From a candidate division FCPU426 bacterium (GTDB taxonomy: Bacteria > Oederibacteriota > JAAXVQ01 > JAUVAV01), in NCBI GenBank assembly GCA_030637655.1, contig DAOWGI010000060.1, positions 1 through 18,456 of the forward strand: a stretch of DNA of 18,456 bases, read 5' to 3'. Of the stretch, positions 8,664 to 16,893 are shown piece after piece. The position numbers were made by a program, and so were the translations under genes. The notes beneath the pieces are model-generated. The model saw only the letters and a list, made by a program, of their open reading frames with translations. It searched no databases and had not been told where the DNA came from. Each line of letters starts with the position of its first letter. Within the stretch, counting starts at the first letter, position 1.

Positions 8664-8793
8664 TTTCAATTGCATATATAAATTTATCTGGGGGATATAT
8701 TACCATAAAGCTTAAAACAGTGTTAGCCCTCATTTTCAATTATTGTCACCTTTAAAACATATGTTCCGGCCAAGACGCGCCGTACACCTCCAA

Positions 8794-9480
8794 TTACGGG
8801 ATAGTAGTATCTATCTCATTGGCTTCAGCAAATCCTTTGGCCCTTAGTAGACAGGCTTCACAATTCCGGCAGGGGGTACCGTCCTGCTGAGGGTTGTAAC
8901 ATGACGAGGTAAGCGAAAAATCCAACTCCAATTCTTTTCCCAGTTTCACAATATCCGCCTTGGTCATACGTAATAAGGGCGCCGCAATTTTTAATTGCCA
9001 CTGCTCACTGGTCCCTGCTTTGGTTGCCAACCCGGCCAATTTCTCGTAGGCTTCTAAATATTCCGGCCTACAATCCGGATAGCCGGAATAATCCACACTA
9101 TTGGCTCCAATAAAAATCGCCTCTGCGTGCACTACTTCCGCCCAGGCTAGTGCCAAGGATAAAAATACCGTGTTCCGGGCCGGTACATAGGTAGCAGGTA
9201 TTTGCTCCTGCTCACCAATCTGCTCTCTGGCCGCGGGCACTGGAATATCAGCAGTCAGCGCTGACCCGCCAAAACTGCGCAAGTCCACAGCAACCACCTT
9301 GTGTACTTGCGCACCCAGGGTGGTTGCTATTTTTTTAGCCCGTTTAAGCTCAATCTTATGCCGCTGCCCGTAATCAAAGGACAAGGCATAGCAGCAGAAG
9401 CCTTGCTTTATAGCATAGGCCAGGGTCACTGCTGAATCCAATCCTCCGGACAACAATACAATTGCTTTCTTTTCCGACAT
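8794..9480 (-). CDS. queC: 7-cyano-7-deazaguanine synthase
   Basis: LLSGGLDS, YGQRH, TYVPARN, YPDCRPEY and C-terminal Cys cluster (SCY...CRNCEAC). Start placed at MSEKKAIV (9480). Confidence 0.97.
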   Translation of the reverse strand: MSEKKAIVLLSGGLDSAVTLAYAIKQGFCCYALSFDYGQRHKIELKRAKKIATTLGAQVHKVVAVDLRSFGGSALTADIPVPAAREQIGEQEQIPATYVPARNTVFLSLALAWAEVVHAEAIFIGANSVDYSGYPDCRPEYLEAYEKLAGLATKAGTSEQWQLKIAAPLLRMTKADIVKLGKELELDFSLTSSCYNPQQDGTPCRNCEACLLRAKGFAEANEIDTTIP

Positions 9481-9499
9481 TGTCTTTCCACTCACCTTC

Positions 9500-9544
9500 A
9501 TAATATTGTTGGGAATATTATACGAGAAAGCAGCACTGTGGCAA
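9500..9544 (-). promoter_or_regulatory. Putative queC promoter overlapped by an 8-6-8 inverted repeat
   Basis: Minus strand TTGCCA(9544-9539)-16 bp-TATAAT(9522-9517). ATAATATT-N6-AATATTAT lies at 9500-9521. Confidence 0.6.
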
Positions 9545-9613
9545 AGCCGGAATATGAGCATTTAACAGCGATCTTTATCGTACCGGCACTACTTCCGAGA
9601 ACTGACGTTCAGC

Positions 9614-9642
9614 TTGACTTTCACAGTATTCAGGCTTAGAGT
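9614..9642 (+). promoter_or_regulatory. Putative pcm promoter
   Basis: TTGACT-17 bp-TAGAGT. Confidence 0.5.
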
Positions 9643-9679
9643 AAAGAGTAGCAAGTAATTTTTCTCAGAGGAAATGTGA

Positions 9680-10444
9680 ATGCCGTTATTTCGGATGGAT
9701 TGGATAAAAATCATCCCCCGTGCTATATTGCTTTCTTTACTACTCCTAGGAAGTGGCTGCATGCCTGAAACCGGTCCAGAACAATTCAAACACCAAGACA
9801 TAATGACGCAAGCTCGTTTAAACATGGTAAAAACTCAAATTGCCGGCCGCGGAGTGAATTCACCTACTGTGCTCGAGGCCATGCGCCGGGTGGAACGTCA
9901 TCTCTTTGTTCCCATGGCCGAGCGTTCTTTCGCCTATTGTGATTCCGCCTTACCGATTCAGCAGGGCCAGACCATTTCTCAACCGTACATTGTTGGTTTA
10001 ATGACCGAATTGCTGCAAGTGCAGCCCGGGGACAAAATCCTGGAAGTCGGAACCGGATCCGGGTATCAAGCTGCGGTGCTGGCACAAATGGGAGCGCAAG
10101 TTTTTACCCTTGAAATTGTTGAGCCGCTGGCGGATATAGCTCGAGCCACACTTCAAGGGCTGGGATATGCTGAACAGGTGATGGTCAAGGCCGGCGACGG
10201 TTTTATGGGCTGGCCGGAACACGGACCTTTTGACGGCATTATAATTACCTGTGCTATTCATAAGGTGCCCCCACCCTTGATTGAGCAATTGAAACCCACT
10301 GGACGTATTGTCTTACCTCTTGGTCAGACATTGGAATATCAAACCTTAACCGTTGTCACCAAATCCGAATCCGGCCAACTCACTTTCCGTAATGTCATCG
10401 GTGTGGTTTTCGTACCCATGACCGGTCCGCACGGATTTGAATAA
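9680..10444 (+). CDS. pcm: Protein-L-isoaspartate O-methyltransferase with a lipoprotein-like N-terminal extension
   Basis: MV..QI..RG, RHLFVP, GQTISQPY, LEVGTGSGYQAA, GPFDGI and FVPM motifs. N-terminal hydrophobic stretch AILLSLLLLGSGC. Confidence 0.95.
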   Translation: MPLFRMDWIKIIPRAILLSLLLLGSGCMPETGPEQFKHQDIMTQARLNMVKTQIAGRGVNSPTVLEAMRRVERHLFVPMAERSFAYCDSALPIQQGQTISQPYIVGLMTELLQVQPGDKILEVGTGSGYQAAVLAQMGAQVFTLEIVEPLADIARATLQGLGYAEQVMVKAGDGFMGWPEHGPFDGIIITCAIHKVPPPLIEQLKPTGRIVLPLGQTLEYQTLTVVTKSESGQLTFRNVIGVVFVPMTGPHGFE

Positions 10445-10480
10445 GTATCTACTTTGTTCCGGCTCCTGACTACTGTATTC

Positions 10481-11410
10481 TTAAACCGGCACTTCTTCCT
10501 TATACAATTTTCCCTGCCAGGTATCCTCTGCTTCCAGCTTCTTCTGTATAGCCTGCACTACACTGCTTTTTTCACGCAGCCACTGGGGTGCGAGCAACTT
10601 GTCTCCCAGGCTGTCCGCGGACAAGCGCTGGATCACGGTCTCCGGCCAGGTCACTTCCAAAAAACGGATCAGCCGATCAACATATATTTGCATAGCCAGG
10701 GGTTGGTACCTCTGATTTTCATACTCTTCGGCCAAACGTGTGCCTTTGATCACATACAGAGGATGAAACTTGATTCCCTCTATTTTCATTTTGGCCAATG
10801 CTTTGGCTGTGGCCAGCTCCATTTCCGCGTCTTCTCCCGGTAATCCCAAGATGACGTGCGCGCAGATTTTTAGCCCGGGATATTCCCGTGTCAGCAAGAC
10901 CGCACGAAATATGGCTTCGGGTCCATGTCCGCGATTGATCCGGTTCAGGGTTTGTTCGTGAATGCTTTGCACTCCATAATCCAGCCACACATCATAGTCC
11001 TTAGTATAGGACGCTATGAGTTTCAATTTTTCTTTGTCCACACAATCCGGCCGGGTACCAATCGCCAGTCCGACGATTTCAGGAAACGCATGAATAGTAT
11101 CGTAGATATCCTTTAGTTTGCCCACTGGGCCATACGTATTGGTGTAGGCCTGAAAATACGCAATAAAACGATGTGCGCCGCGGCGATGTCCGGATTCAAT
11201 GCCTTGACGAATTTGCTGTATCAAAGACGGCGCCGCTGGACTGCTAAACATGGAAAAACTTTCCGGTTCACAGTAAATACAACCAACATCGGAAAAGGTG
11301 CTATCGCGGTTCGGACAGGTAAAGCCTGCGTCCAGGCTGAGTTTTCTAACCGCTTGCCCAAATTTATTTTTCAAATACGAAGATAGAGTGCGGTATCCGG
11401 GTTGGTTCAT
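10481..11410 (-). CDS. TIGR01212 family radical SAM protein (YhcC/YtqA, MnmL-like)
   Basis: AGFTCPNRD...GCIYC (Cx11Cx2C), YFQAYTNTY, IGTRPDC, INRGH, HVILGLP and C-terminal QG. Start ATG 11410 after SD GAGGTG. Confidence 0.93.
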   Translation of the reverse strand: MNQPGYRTLSSYLKNKFGQAVRKLSLDAGFTCPNRDSTFSDVGCIYCEPESFSMFSSPAAPSLIQQIRQGIESGHRRGAHRFIAYFQAYTNTYGPVGKLKDIYDTIHAFPEIVGLAIGTRPDCVDKEKLKLIASYTKDYDVWLDYGVQSIHEQTLNRINRGHGPEAIFRAVLLTREYPGLKICAHVILGLPGEDAEMELATAKALAKMKIEGIKFHPLYVIKGTRLAEEYENQRYQPLAMQIYVDRLIRFLEVTWPETVIQRLSADSLGDKLLAPQWLREKSSVVQAIQKKLEAEDTWQGKLYKEEVPV

Positions 11411-11430
11411 GGCAAGAACACCTCGGCTTT

Positions 11431-13350
11431 TCAAAGGGGTGATTCATTGTCCCCTGTCGGCGAGGACCTCTCAACCTTACCACTATTTTTGCTGGTATGA
11501 AACATTAATTGTGATATGGCTCCAGGAGTAATTCCGGATATCCGTCCGGCTTGTCCCAGATTCCTGGGCTGCATCCGGGTGAGCTTCTCTGCCACTTCCA
11601 GAGATATTCCTGGTAAATTTTGATAAACAAAACCATCCGGAATCCGGATGTTTTCCAGATGCTGAAATTTTTCTATTTCCACCGTTTGGCGGCGAATATA
11701 TCCCTCGTATTTCACCTGAATCTCAACACATTCCCGAACCGCGCGCGGCACCAGATCTGCTCCCTGATCCAAAGCCATGAGTTCATGATACGTGACCTCA
11801 GGACGACGCAACAAATCAATCCACAACACTGCGCCTGAGAAAGGTGCAGTACCACACTTTCGCATGTTGGTATCACTTTGCGTTGTGGCTGTGATTTTCT
11901 CTGTTTTGATACGCTTCAACTCAGCTTCAATTTGCTTTTGCTTATTCTGGAAATTTTTAAAATTCCGGTCAGTGATCAAGCCCAGCTCATATCCCAAAGA
12001 CGTGAGACGTTGATCCGCATTGTCTTCACGTATAACCAGGCGGTATTCCACGCGTGAAGTAAACATGCGATAAGGCTCATTGGTCCCTTTGGTCACTAAA
12101 TCATCCACCAGCACACCCAGGTAAGCTTGTGAACGATCCAAGATAATTGATCCTTTTGCCTGCGCTTGTCTGGCGGCATTGATCCCTGCCAACAAACCTT
12201 GTGCTGCGGCCTCTTCGTATCCGGTGGTGCCGTTGATTTGACCGGCAAAATAGAGACCCGGTACGCGTTTGGATTCCAACGTGGCCTTGAGCTGGGTTGG
12301 CAAGACATAATCATGCTCAATCCCATAGCCGGGTTGAAGGATTTCCGCCTGTTCCAGGCCGACAATAGAGTGGATCAACTCCTTCTGAATTTCTACCGGC
12401 AGACTGTTGGACGTGCCGTTGGGATAAATGCGATCCGTATCCAATCCTTCCGGTTCCACAAACACATGATGACTCTCACGATCAGCAAACTTTACAATTT
12501 TATCCTCGATGGACGGACAGTACCGCACCCCGGTTCCGGTGATAATGCCGGAATACAAAGCTGATTGCTGCAAATTATTTCGGATAATGGCATGCGTTTT
12601 CGGATTGGTATCCCCTAAAAAGCAGGAGACTTGCCGCAAGCGCGGCTCTTCCGCTGACCGGAACGAAAACGAAGAACATTCCGGATCACCGGGCTGTTCT
12701 CTTAATTTTAAGTAATTTATGGTTTTACTGCTTAAACGCGGCGTGGTGCCGGTTTTAAAACGACCAAAGATAAAACCCATTTTCTTCAGACTTGCCGGTA
12801 ATTTTTCCGAGCTGGGACCTCCCATTCGCCCACCGGAAAAATGCTTATGACCAATATGTATGAGTCCGTTAAAAAAAGTGCCGGGCGTCAGAACCACTGT
12901 GGCGGTCCGGATTTTTCCCTGGCCGGCCAAAGCAACACCTTGCACCCCCTGTTCATCCCCCAGCACCTCAAAAACTTCATCTTCTATGATTTCCAAATTC
13001 GGTGTTGTCCGCAAACGAGCTTGCGCAGCTTTAGCATACGCAGTCATGTCCACTTGCATACGCGTGGATTGGACTGCTGCTCCACGGGTGGCATTCAAAC
13101 GACGATATTGAATGCACGCGGCATCCGCAAGTTCTCCCATCAAACCGCCTAAGGCATCCACCTCTTTAACCAATTGGCCTTTACCCACTCCGCCAATGGC
13201 CGGATTGCAACTCAGTTCTCCAATTTTATCCATTTGCTGAGTAACCAACAGGACCTGACAATCAAGACGGGCCGAGGCAGAGGCCGCTTCAATACCTGCG
13301 TGCCCACCACCGACAACAATGACATCATATCTGTTTTTTATTGCTTTCAT
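11431..13350 (-). CDS. mnmG: tRNA uridine-5-carboxymethylaminomethyl(34) synthesis enzyme MnmG (GidA)
   Basis: [48 protein letters not shown] and EPYRMFTSR. Confidence 0.99.
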   Translation of the reverse strand: MKAIKNRYDVIVVGGGHAGIEAASASARLDCQVLLVTQQMDKIGELSCNPAIGGVGKGQLVKEVDALGGLMGELADAACIQYRRLNATRGAAVQSTRMQVDMTAYAKAAQARLRTTPNLEIIEDEVFEVLGDEQGVQGVALAGQGKIRTATVVLTPGTFFNGLIHIGHKHFSGGRMGGPSSEKLPASLKKMGFIFGRFKTGTTPRLSSKTINYLKLREQPGDPECSSFSFRSAEEPRLRQVSCFLGDTNPKTHAIIRNNLQQSALYSGIITGTGVRYCPSIEDKIVKFADRESHHVFVEPEGLDTDRIYPNGTSNSLPVEIQKELIHSIVGLEQAEILQPGYGIEHDYVLPTQLKATLESKRVPGLYFAGQINGTTGYEEAAAQGLLAGINAARQAQAKGSIILDRSQAYLGVLVDDLVTKGTNEPYRMFTSRVEYRLVIREDNADQRLTSLGYELGLITDRNFKNFQNKQKQIEAELKRIKTEKITATTQSDTNMRKCGTAPFSGAVLWIDLLRRPEVTYHELMALDQGADLVPRAVRECVEIQVKYEGYIRRQTVEIEKFQHLENIRIPDGFVYQNLPGISLEVAEKLTRMQPRNLGQAGRISGITPGAISQLMFHTSKNSGKVERSSPTGDNESPL

Positions 13351-13376
13351 CCTCTATTCCGAATCCAACTTTGGGT

Positions 13377-13404
13377 ATTATAACCCTTCTTGAGTTAAGT
13401 GCAA
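13377..13404 (-). promoter_or_regulatory. Putative mnmG promoter
   Basis: Minus strand TTGCAC-16 bp-TATAAT. The -10 box is flanked by the short inverted repeat GGGT/ACCC. Confidence 0.55.
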
Positions 13405-13423
13405 ATTAAAACCCAATATTTAA

Positions 13424-13560
13424 GTAGCATGTCAGTAAACTGCAGTTAAATAAAGGTTGTCATTCCCGAGGGTTTAATCGGGAATCTGGTTTTTTAAACC
13501 GTATCCCCGATAAGAACATTCGGGGATGACAAACAAAAAAACGCATGACTGACCTGTTAC
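13424..13560. repeat. 137-bp miniature inverted-repeat element with a GTCATTCCCG...CGGGGATGAC multi-hairpin core
   Basis: Terminal IRs GTAGCATGTCAGT / ACTGACCTGTTAC (11/13). Core 13457-13532 has the hairpins attcccga/tcgggaat, ggttt/aaacc and atccccga/tcggggat, closed by ttgtcat/atgacaa. Confidence 0.8.
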
Positions 13561-13565
13561 ACTGT

Positions 13566-14912
13566 CTAAGCGCGCCGGATGAGGCGGGCGGCAAACATTC
13601 CATCCATTTCCGCGATATCCGGATAGGTCGTGAAAAAGCCATCGGCCTGCCAATACTCAGCAGCCGGTATTCCGAGACTGCCCGGTCCCGGCAACAAAGC
13701 AAAATTCGAATGTTTTTGTAAAAAAGCCTGAATGACCTGTTCATTTTCTTCGGGTTCTGTAGTACAGGTGGAGTAGATCAGGTGCCCGCCTGGTTTCACC
13801 AGAGTAGCGGCCTGCCGCAGCAATTTACCCTGCTCCTGCGCTAACCGGATATGATCTTTCGGCTGCAAGCGCCAACGTAAGTCCGCATGCCGTCGCAGAG
13901 TTCCCAAGCCGGAGCAAGGCACGTCCACTAAGACACGGTCCGCCTGCAGGTCTGAGGGTATTTTATGAATAACTGAAATATTGTTTAACCGCAGGCGATT
14001 GGCATTGGCCTCGGTTTTTTTTAATTTTTCCGTATGCGCGTCATACGCCCATACGTTCCCGGTATTATTCAACAATTCCGCCAGATGAGTAGTCTTGCCT
14101 CCCGGCGCACTGCACAGATCCACACATTCCTGATTAGGTTGCGGATCCACCAAGTACCCGATCAATTGTGATCCTTGGTCCTGAAAATATAGCTTGCCTT
14201 CCGTTAATTCGAGTATCTCACGCGGAGATTTCATTCCCAACGTCAATCCCAATGCCGTGGGCACGGCTCCCGGCTTCGCCGGAATTCCATGCGAAGTTAA
14301 GAACGCCTGCGCTTTTTCTCTATCGGTCAAGGTGGTATTCACCCGGGCCCATAAGACTGGGCTCTCGTTGCTGGCAGCCAGCATGGCTTCAGTCTGTGTT
14401 TCACCATACCGTTCCAACCAGCGCTGCACCACATAGCCCGGAAAAGAATAACGAACCGCTAAATGCCGAGCTGGATGTTTATTTCGATCCGGCAAGGCCG
14501 GCATGCCTTCACGAGTCAATGAACGCAGAATCGCGTTAACCATCTTGACTTGACTCACTGGCAAGACAAATTTGGCCAATTCCACGGTTTCATGTACTGC
14601 AGCGTGAGCAGGCACTTTGCTGAGCAGCAGTAATTGATATGTGCCTAAGCGCAACAAATTCATCAGGCGCGGGGAGGGCTGCTTTTTCCGGCGCAAAAAA
14701 GTCTGGATACAATAATCCAACAATGCTTGCATTTTAACCACACCAAAACATAGTTCCCGGCACAAACGTTCATCTTTCTTATTCAAGCGCGCTTCCGGCA
14801 AACGGGCATTTAAGGCATCCTCCACCCAGCCGGCAGAAGTGACCCGCTGGTTGAGTATCTCCCAAGCCACTTTCCGGGCAGACAACGGCCGCCGGCCGGT
14901 TTGCGGACTCAA
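13566..14912 (-). CDS. rsmB: 16S rRNA (cytosine(967)-C5)-methyltransferase RsmB/Sun
   Basis: NusB-like N-terminus (LRLGTYQL, HAAVHETVELAK, VNAILR), FQDQGSQ, DLCSAPGGKT, DVPCSGLG and YSTCT. The TTG start overlaps the PilZ stop. Confidence 0.95.
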   Translation of the reverse strand: MSPQTGRRPLSARKVAWEILNQRVTSAGWVEDALNARLPEARLNKKDERLCRELCFGVVKMQALLDYCIQTFLRRKKQPSPRLMNLLRLGTYQLLLLSKVPAHAAVHETVELAKFVLPVSQVKMVNAILRSLTREGMPALPDRNKHPARHLAVRYSFPGYVVQRWLERYGETQTEAMLAASNESPVLWARVNTTLTDREKAQAFLTSHGIPAKPGAVPTALGLTLGMKSPREILELTEGKLYFQDQGSQLIGYLVDPQPNQECVDLCSAPGGKTTHLAELLNNTGNVWAYDAHTEKLKKTEANANRLRLNNISVIHKIPSDLQADRVLVDVPCSGLGTLRRHADLRWRLQPKDHIRLAQEQGKLLRQAATLVKPGGHLIYSTCTTEPEENEQVIQAFLQKHSNFALLPGPGSLGIPAAEYWQADGFFTTYPDIAEMDGMFAARLIRRA

Positions 14913-15307
14913 GTATCTTGCTGTTTGAGCGCATTACTTACAAAATGCCCGATTTTATCAGCATCCTCATCCCGCAAAGCCATAAAATATATTCCTACTC
15001 CCTGCTTATTATCGCTCAAACCTTCATTCGATACCCAGATAACTTCAGAAAAAGCGCGAATCGGTTTGGCTTCATTGGGCAAAGCGATCTCGATTTTCAA
15101 TATATCCCCTTTTTCCAGCAAACGATCACTGACTAAAAACATTCCCTCGGCCGACACATCTTCGGAGTTGCCGGCCAGCTTGCTTTTTTTCTCGTCCAAG
15201 GCAATCAGCGCTTCTTCCGTATCATTGATGACTGTGTATTGAATTGGAATAGTAACTTTTATCCGCGAATGTTTTCTTTTATCAAATGACAATGATGCCT
15301 CTTCCAT
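14909..15307 (-). CDS. Stand-alone PilZ domain protein (putative c-di-GMP receptor)
   Basis: RxxxR (RKHSR) and DxSxxG (DVSAEG) motifs, V.W...G.G..F; 132 aa. Confidence 0.92.
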   Translation of the reverse strand: MEEASLSFDKRKHSRIKVTIPIQYTVINDTEEALIALDEKKSKLAGNSEDVSAEGMFLVSDRLLEKGDILKIEIALPNEAKPIRAFSEVIWVSNEGLSDNKQGVGIYFMALRDEDADKIGHFVSNALKQQDT

Positions 15308-15423
15308 GGTGCTTCCCCCTTGTGTTCAGTTTTTTGGATTTTAAAATTTCCGGATCTACACAGTGTATATCTCGCATAACAGAGTATAACCCGCATAGCG
15401 CTCATCTGAAATAAAAAAATGAA

Positions 15424-15652
15424 TGTAATATGTCAGTAAAGTGCTGTGTTTTGTCAAATAACCCGGAAACATATGGTCTGCTGATTTATTTTTTCCCAAA
15501 GGGAAAACGCGCTCTTACCCAGCCGGATACAAAATTCTAAATAAGTTAGCTGTTCGGCAATTTTGAATTTGCACATCCGGAGGCAAGTCGCGTCCCTGGG
15601 AAAAAATAAATCAGCAGACCATATGTCTTTCTCGCTTCACTGACATGATACA
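15424..15652. repeat. 229-bp nested inverted-repeat element (long hairpin)
   Basis: Outer IR 15424-15443 / 15633-15652 (16/20). Perfect 30-bp IR 15469-15498 / 15597-15626. Further inner pairs ggga/tccc, cgcg/cgcg and ccggat/atccgg. Confidence 0.9.
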
Positions 15653-15668
15653 AATGAATTATGCTCAA

Positions 15669-16073
15669 CTATTTTCCCTGATCAATCGCCAAGTTAACCA
15701 GTTTGTCAGCTTTGGTATTCTCGTGACGCGGAATATGGGTGATTTCCCATTCTGAAAATTGTTGGAGCTGCTGTTGCGTTTTTTTCCACAAGGGCCGCAA
15801 ACCCGGATGGCGCACTTTGTATTGTCCATTGACCTGCCGAACAATCAATTCGGAATCGAGTCTTATTTTCAGAGAACGGATGTTGTGTTTTCGAGCTAAA
15901 GCCAGACCGATCAGCAAACCTTGATACTCAGCCACATTGTTGGTGGTATCACCTAAGTACTTCTTGGCTTCCGCCAGTAGCTGCCGTTGGGCATCCAAGA
16001 GCACTGCCCCGGCTCCGGCAGGTCCGGGATTGCCTCTCGCGCCGCCATCACAATACAGATATCCTCCGCTCAT
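15669..16073 (-). CDS. rnhA: Ribonuclease HI family protein (short RNase_HI_like type)
   Basis: DGGARGNPGPAGAG, TNNVAEY, DSELIVRQ and HIPRHEN..AD motifs. The ATG immediately follows the kdsA stop. Confidence 0.9.
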   Translation of the reverse strand: MSGGYLYCDGGARGNPGPAGAGAVLLDAQRQLLAEAKKYLGDTTNNVAEYQGLLIGLALARKHNIRSLKIRLDSELIVRQVNGQYKVRHPGLRPLWKKTQQQLQQFSEWEITHIPRHENTKADKLVNLAIDQGK

Positions 16074-16892
16074 TTAGGCGTACTCTTTTACTGCCTGATG
16101 AATGGCTAAAATCGAATCCAGCAGTTTGGAAATTTCATCCAGCTTAATCATCGTCGCACTGTCCGAAAGGGCCAGGCCGGGATCCGGATGTGTTTCTATA
16201 AATATCCCGTCAATGCCTGCTCCGGCTGCTGCGCGTGCCAGTACCGGAACAAATTCGCGCTCACCGCCGGACTGTTCACCACCGCCCGGTAATTGCACAC
16301 TATGCGTGGCATCAAAAATAACCGGATAGCCAAACTTGCGCAAAATGGCCAAAGAACGCATGTCCACAATCAGGTTGTTGTAGCCAAACGCAAAGCCTCT
16401 CTCAGTAACCAAAATGTTTTTATTGTAAGCAGCCACTTTCTCAATTGCCCGGCCCATGTCCAGAGGCGCCATAAATTGGCCTTTTTTGATATTCACTGCT
16501 TTTCCGGTCTTAGCCGCAGCAGTCAAGAGCTCGGTCTGGCGCGATAAAAAAGCAGGGATCTGCAAACAATCCAAATACTCACCCGCTTTTCTTGCTTCCT
16601 CCGGTGAATGTACATCTGAAAGGACCGGAATCCGAATTTCGTCCCGTACTTTTTTCAAAATGTTCAACCCGGTTTCCAAACCCGGTCCGCGATAGGATCC
16701 CAAAGAGGATCGATTGGCCTTGTCATAGGAAGCTTTGAAAATAAATTGAATCTCTTTTTGTTCGGCAATGGCTGCCAAGGTCTTGGCAATGGCCAGCGTC
16801 TGTTCCTCATTTTCAATAACACACGGTCCGGCAATAAGCACAAAACTATCCGGTAAAATAGTGAGTGCTCCCACGGTAATGGAATTTTGCAC
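16074..16892 (-). CDS. kdsA: 3-deoxy-8-phosphooctulonate (KDO8P) synthase
   Basis: IAGPCVIE, KASYDKANRSS, QIPAFLSRQT, NIKKGQF, FDATHSVQ and ETHPDP; GTG start. The Cys in GPC suggests the metal-dependent class. Confidence 0.98.
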   Translation of the reverse strand: MQNSITVGALTILPDSFVLIAGPCVIENEEQTLAIAKTLAAIAEQKEIQFIFKASYDKANRSSLGSYRGPGLETGLNILKKVRDEIRIPVLSDVHSPEEARKAGEYLDCLQIPAFLSRQTELLTAAAKTGKAVNIKKGQFMAPLDMGRAIEKVAAYNKNILVTERGFAFGYNNLIVDMRSLAILRKFGYPVIFDATHSVQLPGGGEQSGGEREFVPVLARAAAGAGIDGIFIETHPDPGLALSDSATMIKLDEISKLLDSILAIHQAVKEYA

Positions 16893-16893
16893 G

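Noticed and set aside
8423-8790. SAH or SAM riboswitch upstream of ahcY
   Set aside because: No recognisable consensus; the region is mostly the 150-bp repeat.
9481-9679. preQ1 riboswitch upstream of queC
   Set aside because: No preQ1 stem-loop with an A-rich tail, and the predicted leader is only about 30 nt.
13460-13744. 94-aa minus-strand ORF
   Set aside because: It overlaps rsmB out of frame, runs into the palindromic repeat, and has no recognisable motif.
15577-15596. c-di-GMP-I riboswitch upstream of PilZ (minus strand GGGACGCgacttGCCTCCGG resembles GGGACGCAAAGCCTCCGG)
   Set aside because: The upstream GGCAAA and GAAA-tetraloop hairpin are missing, and the match sits inside a long inverted repeat. 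An Infernal search with the c-di-GMP-I model would settle it.
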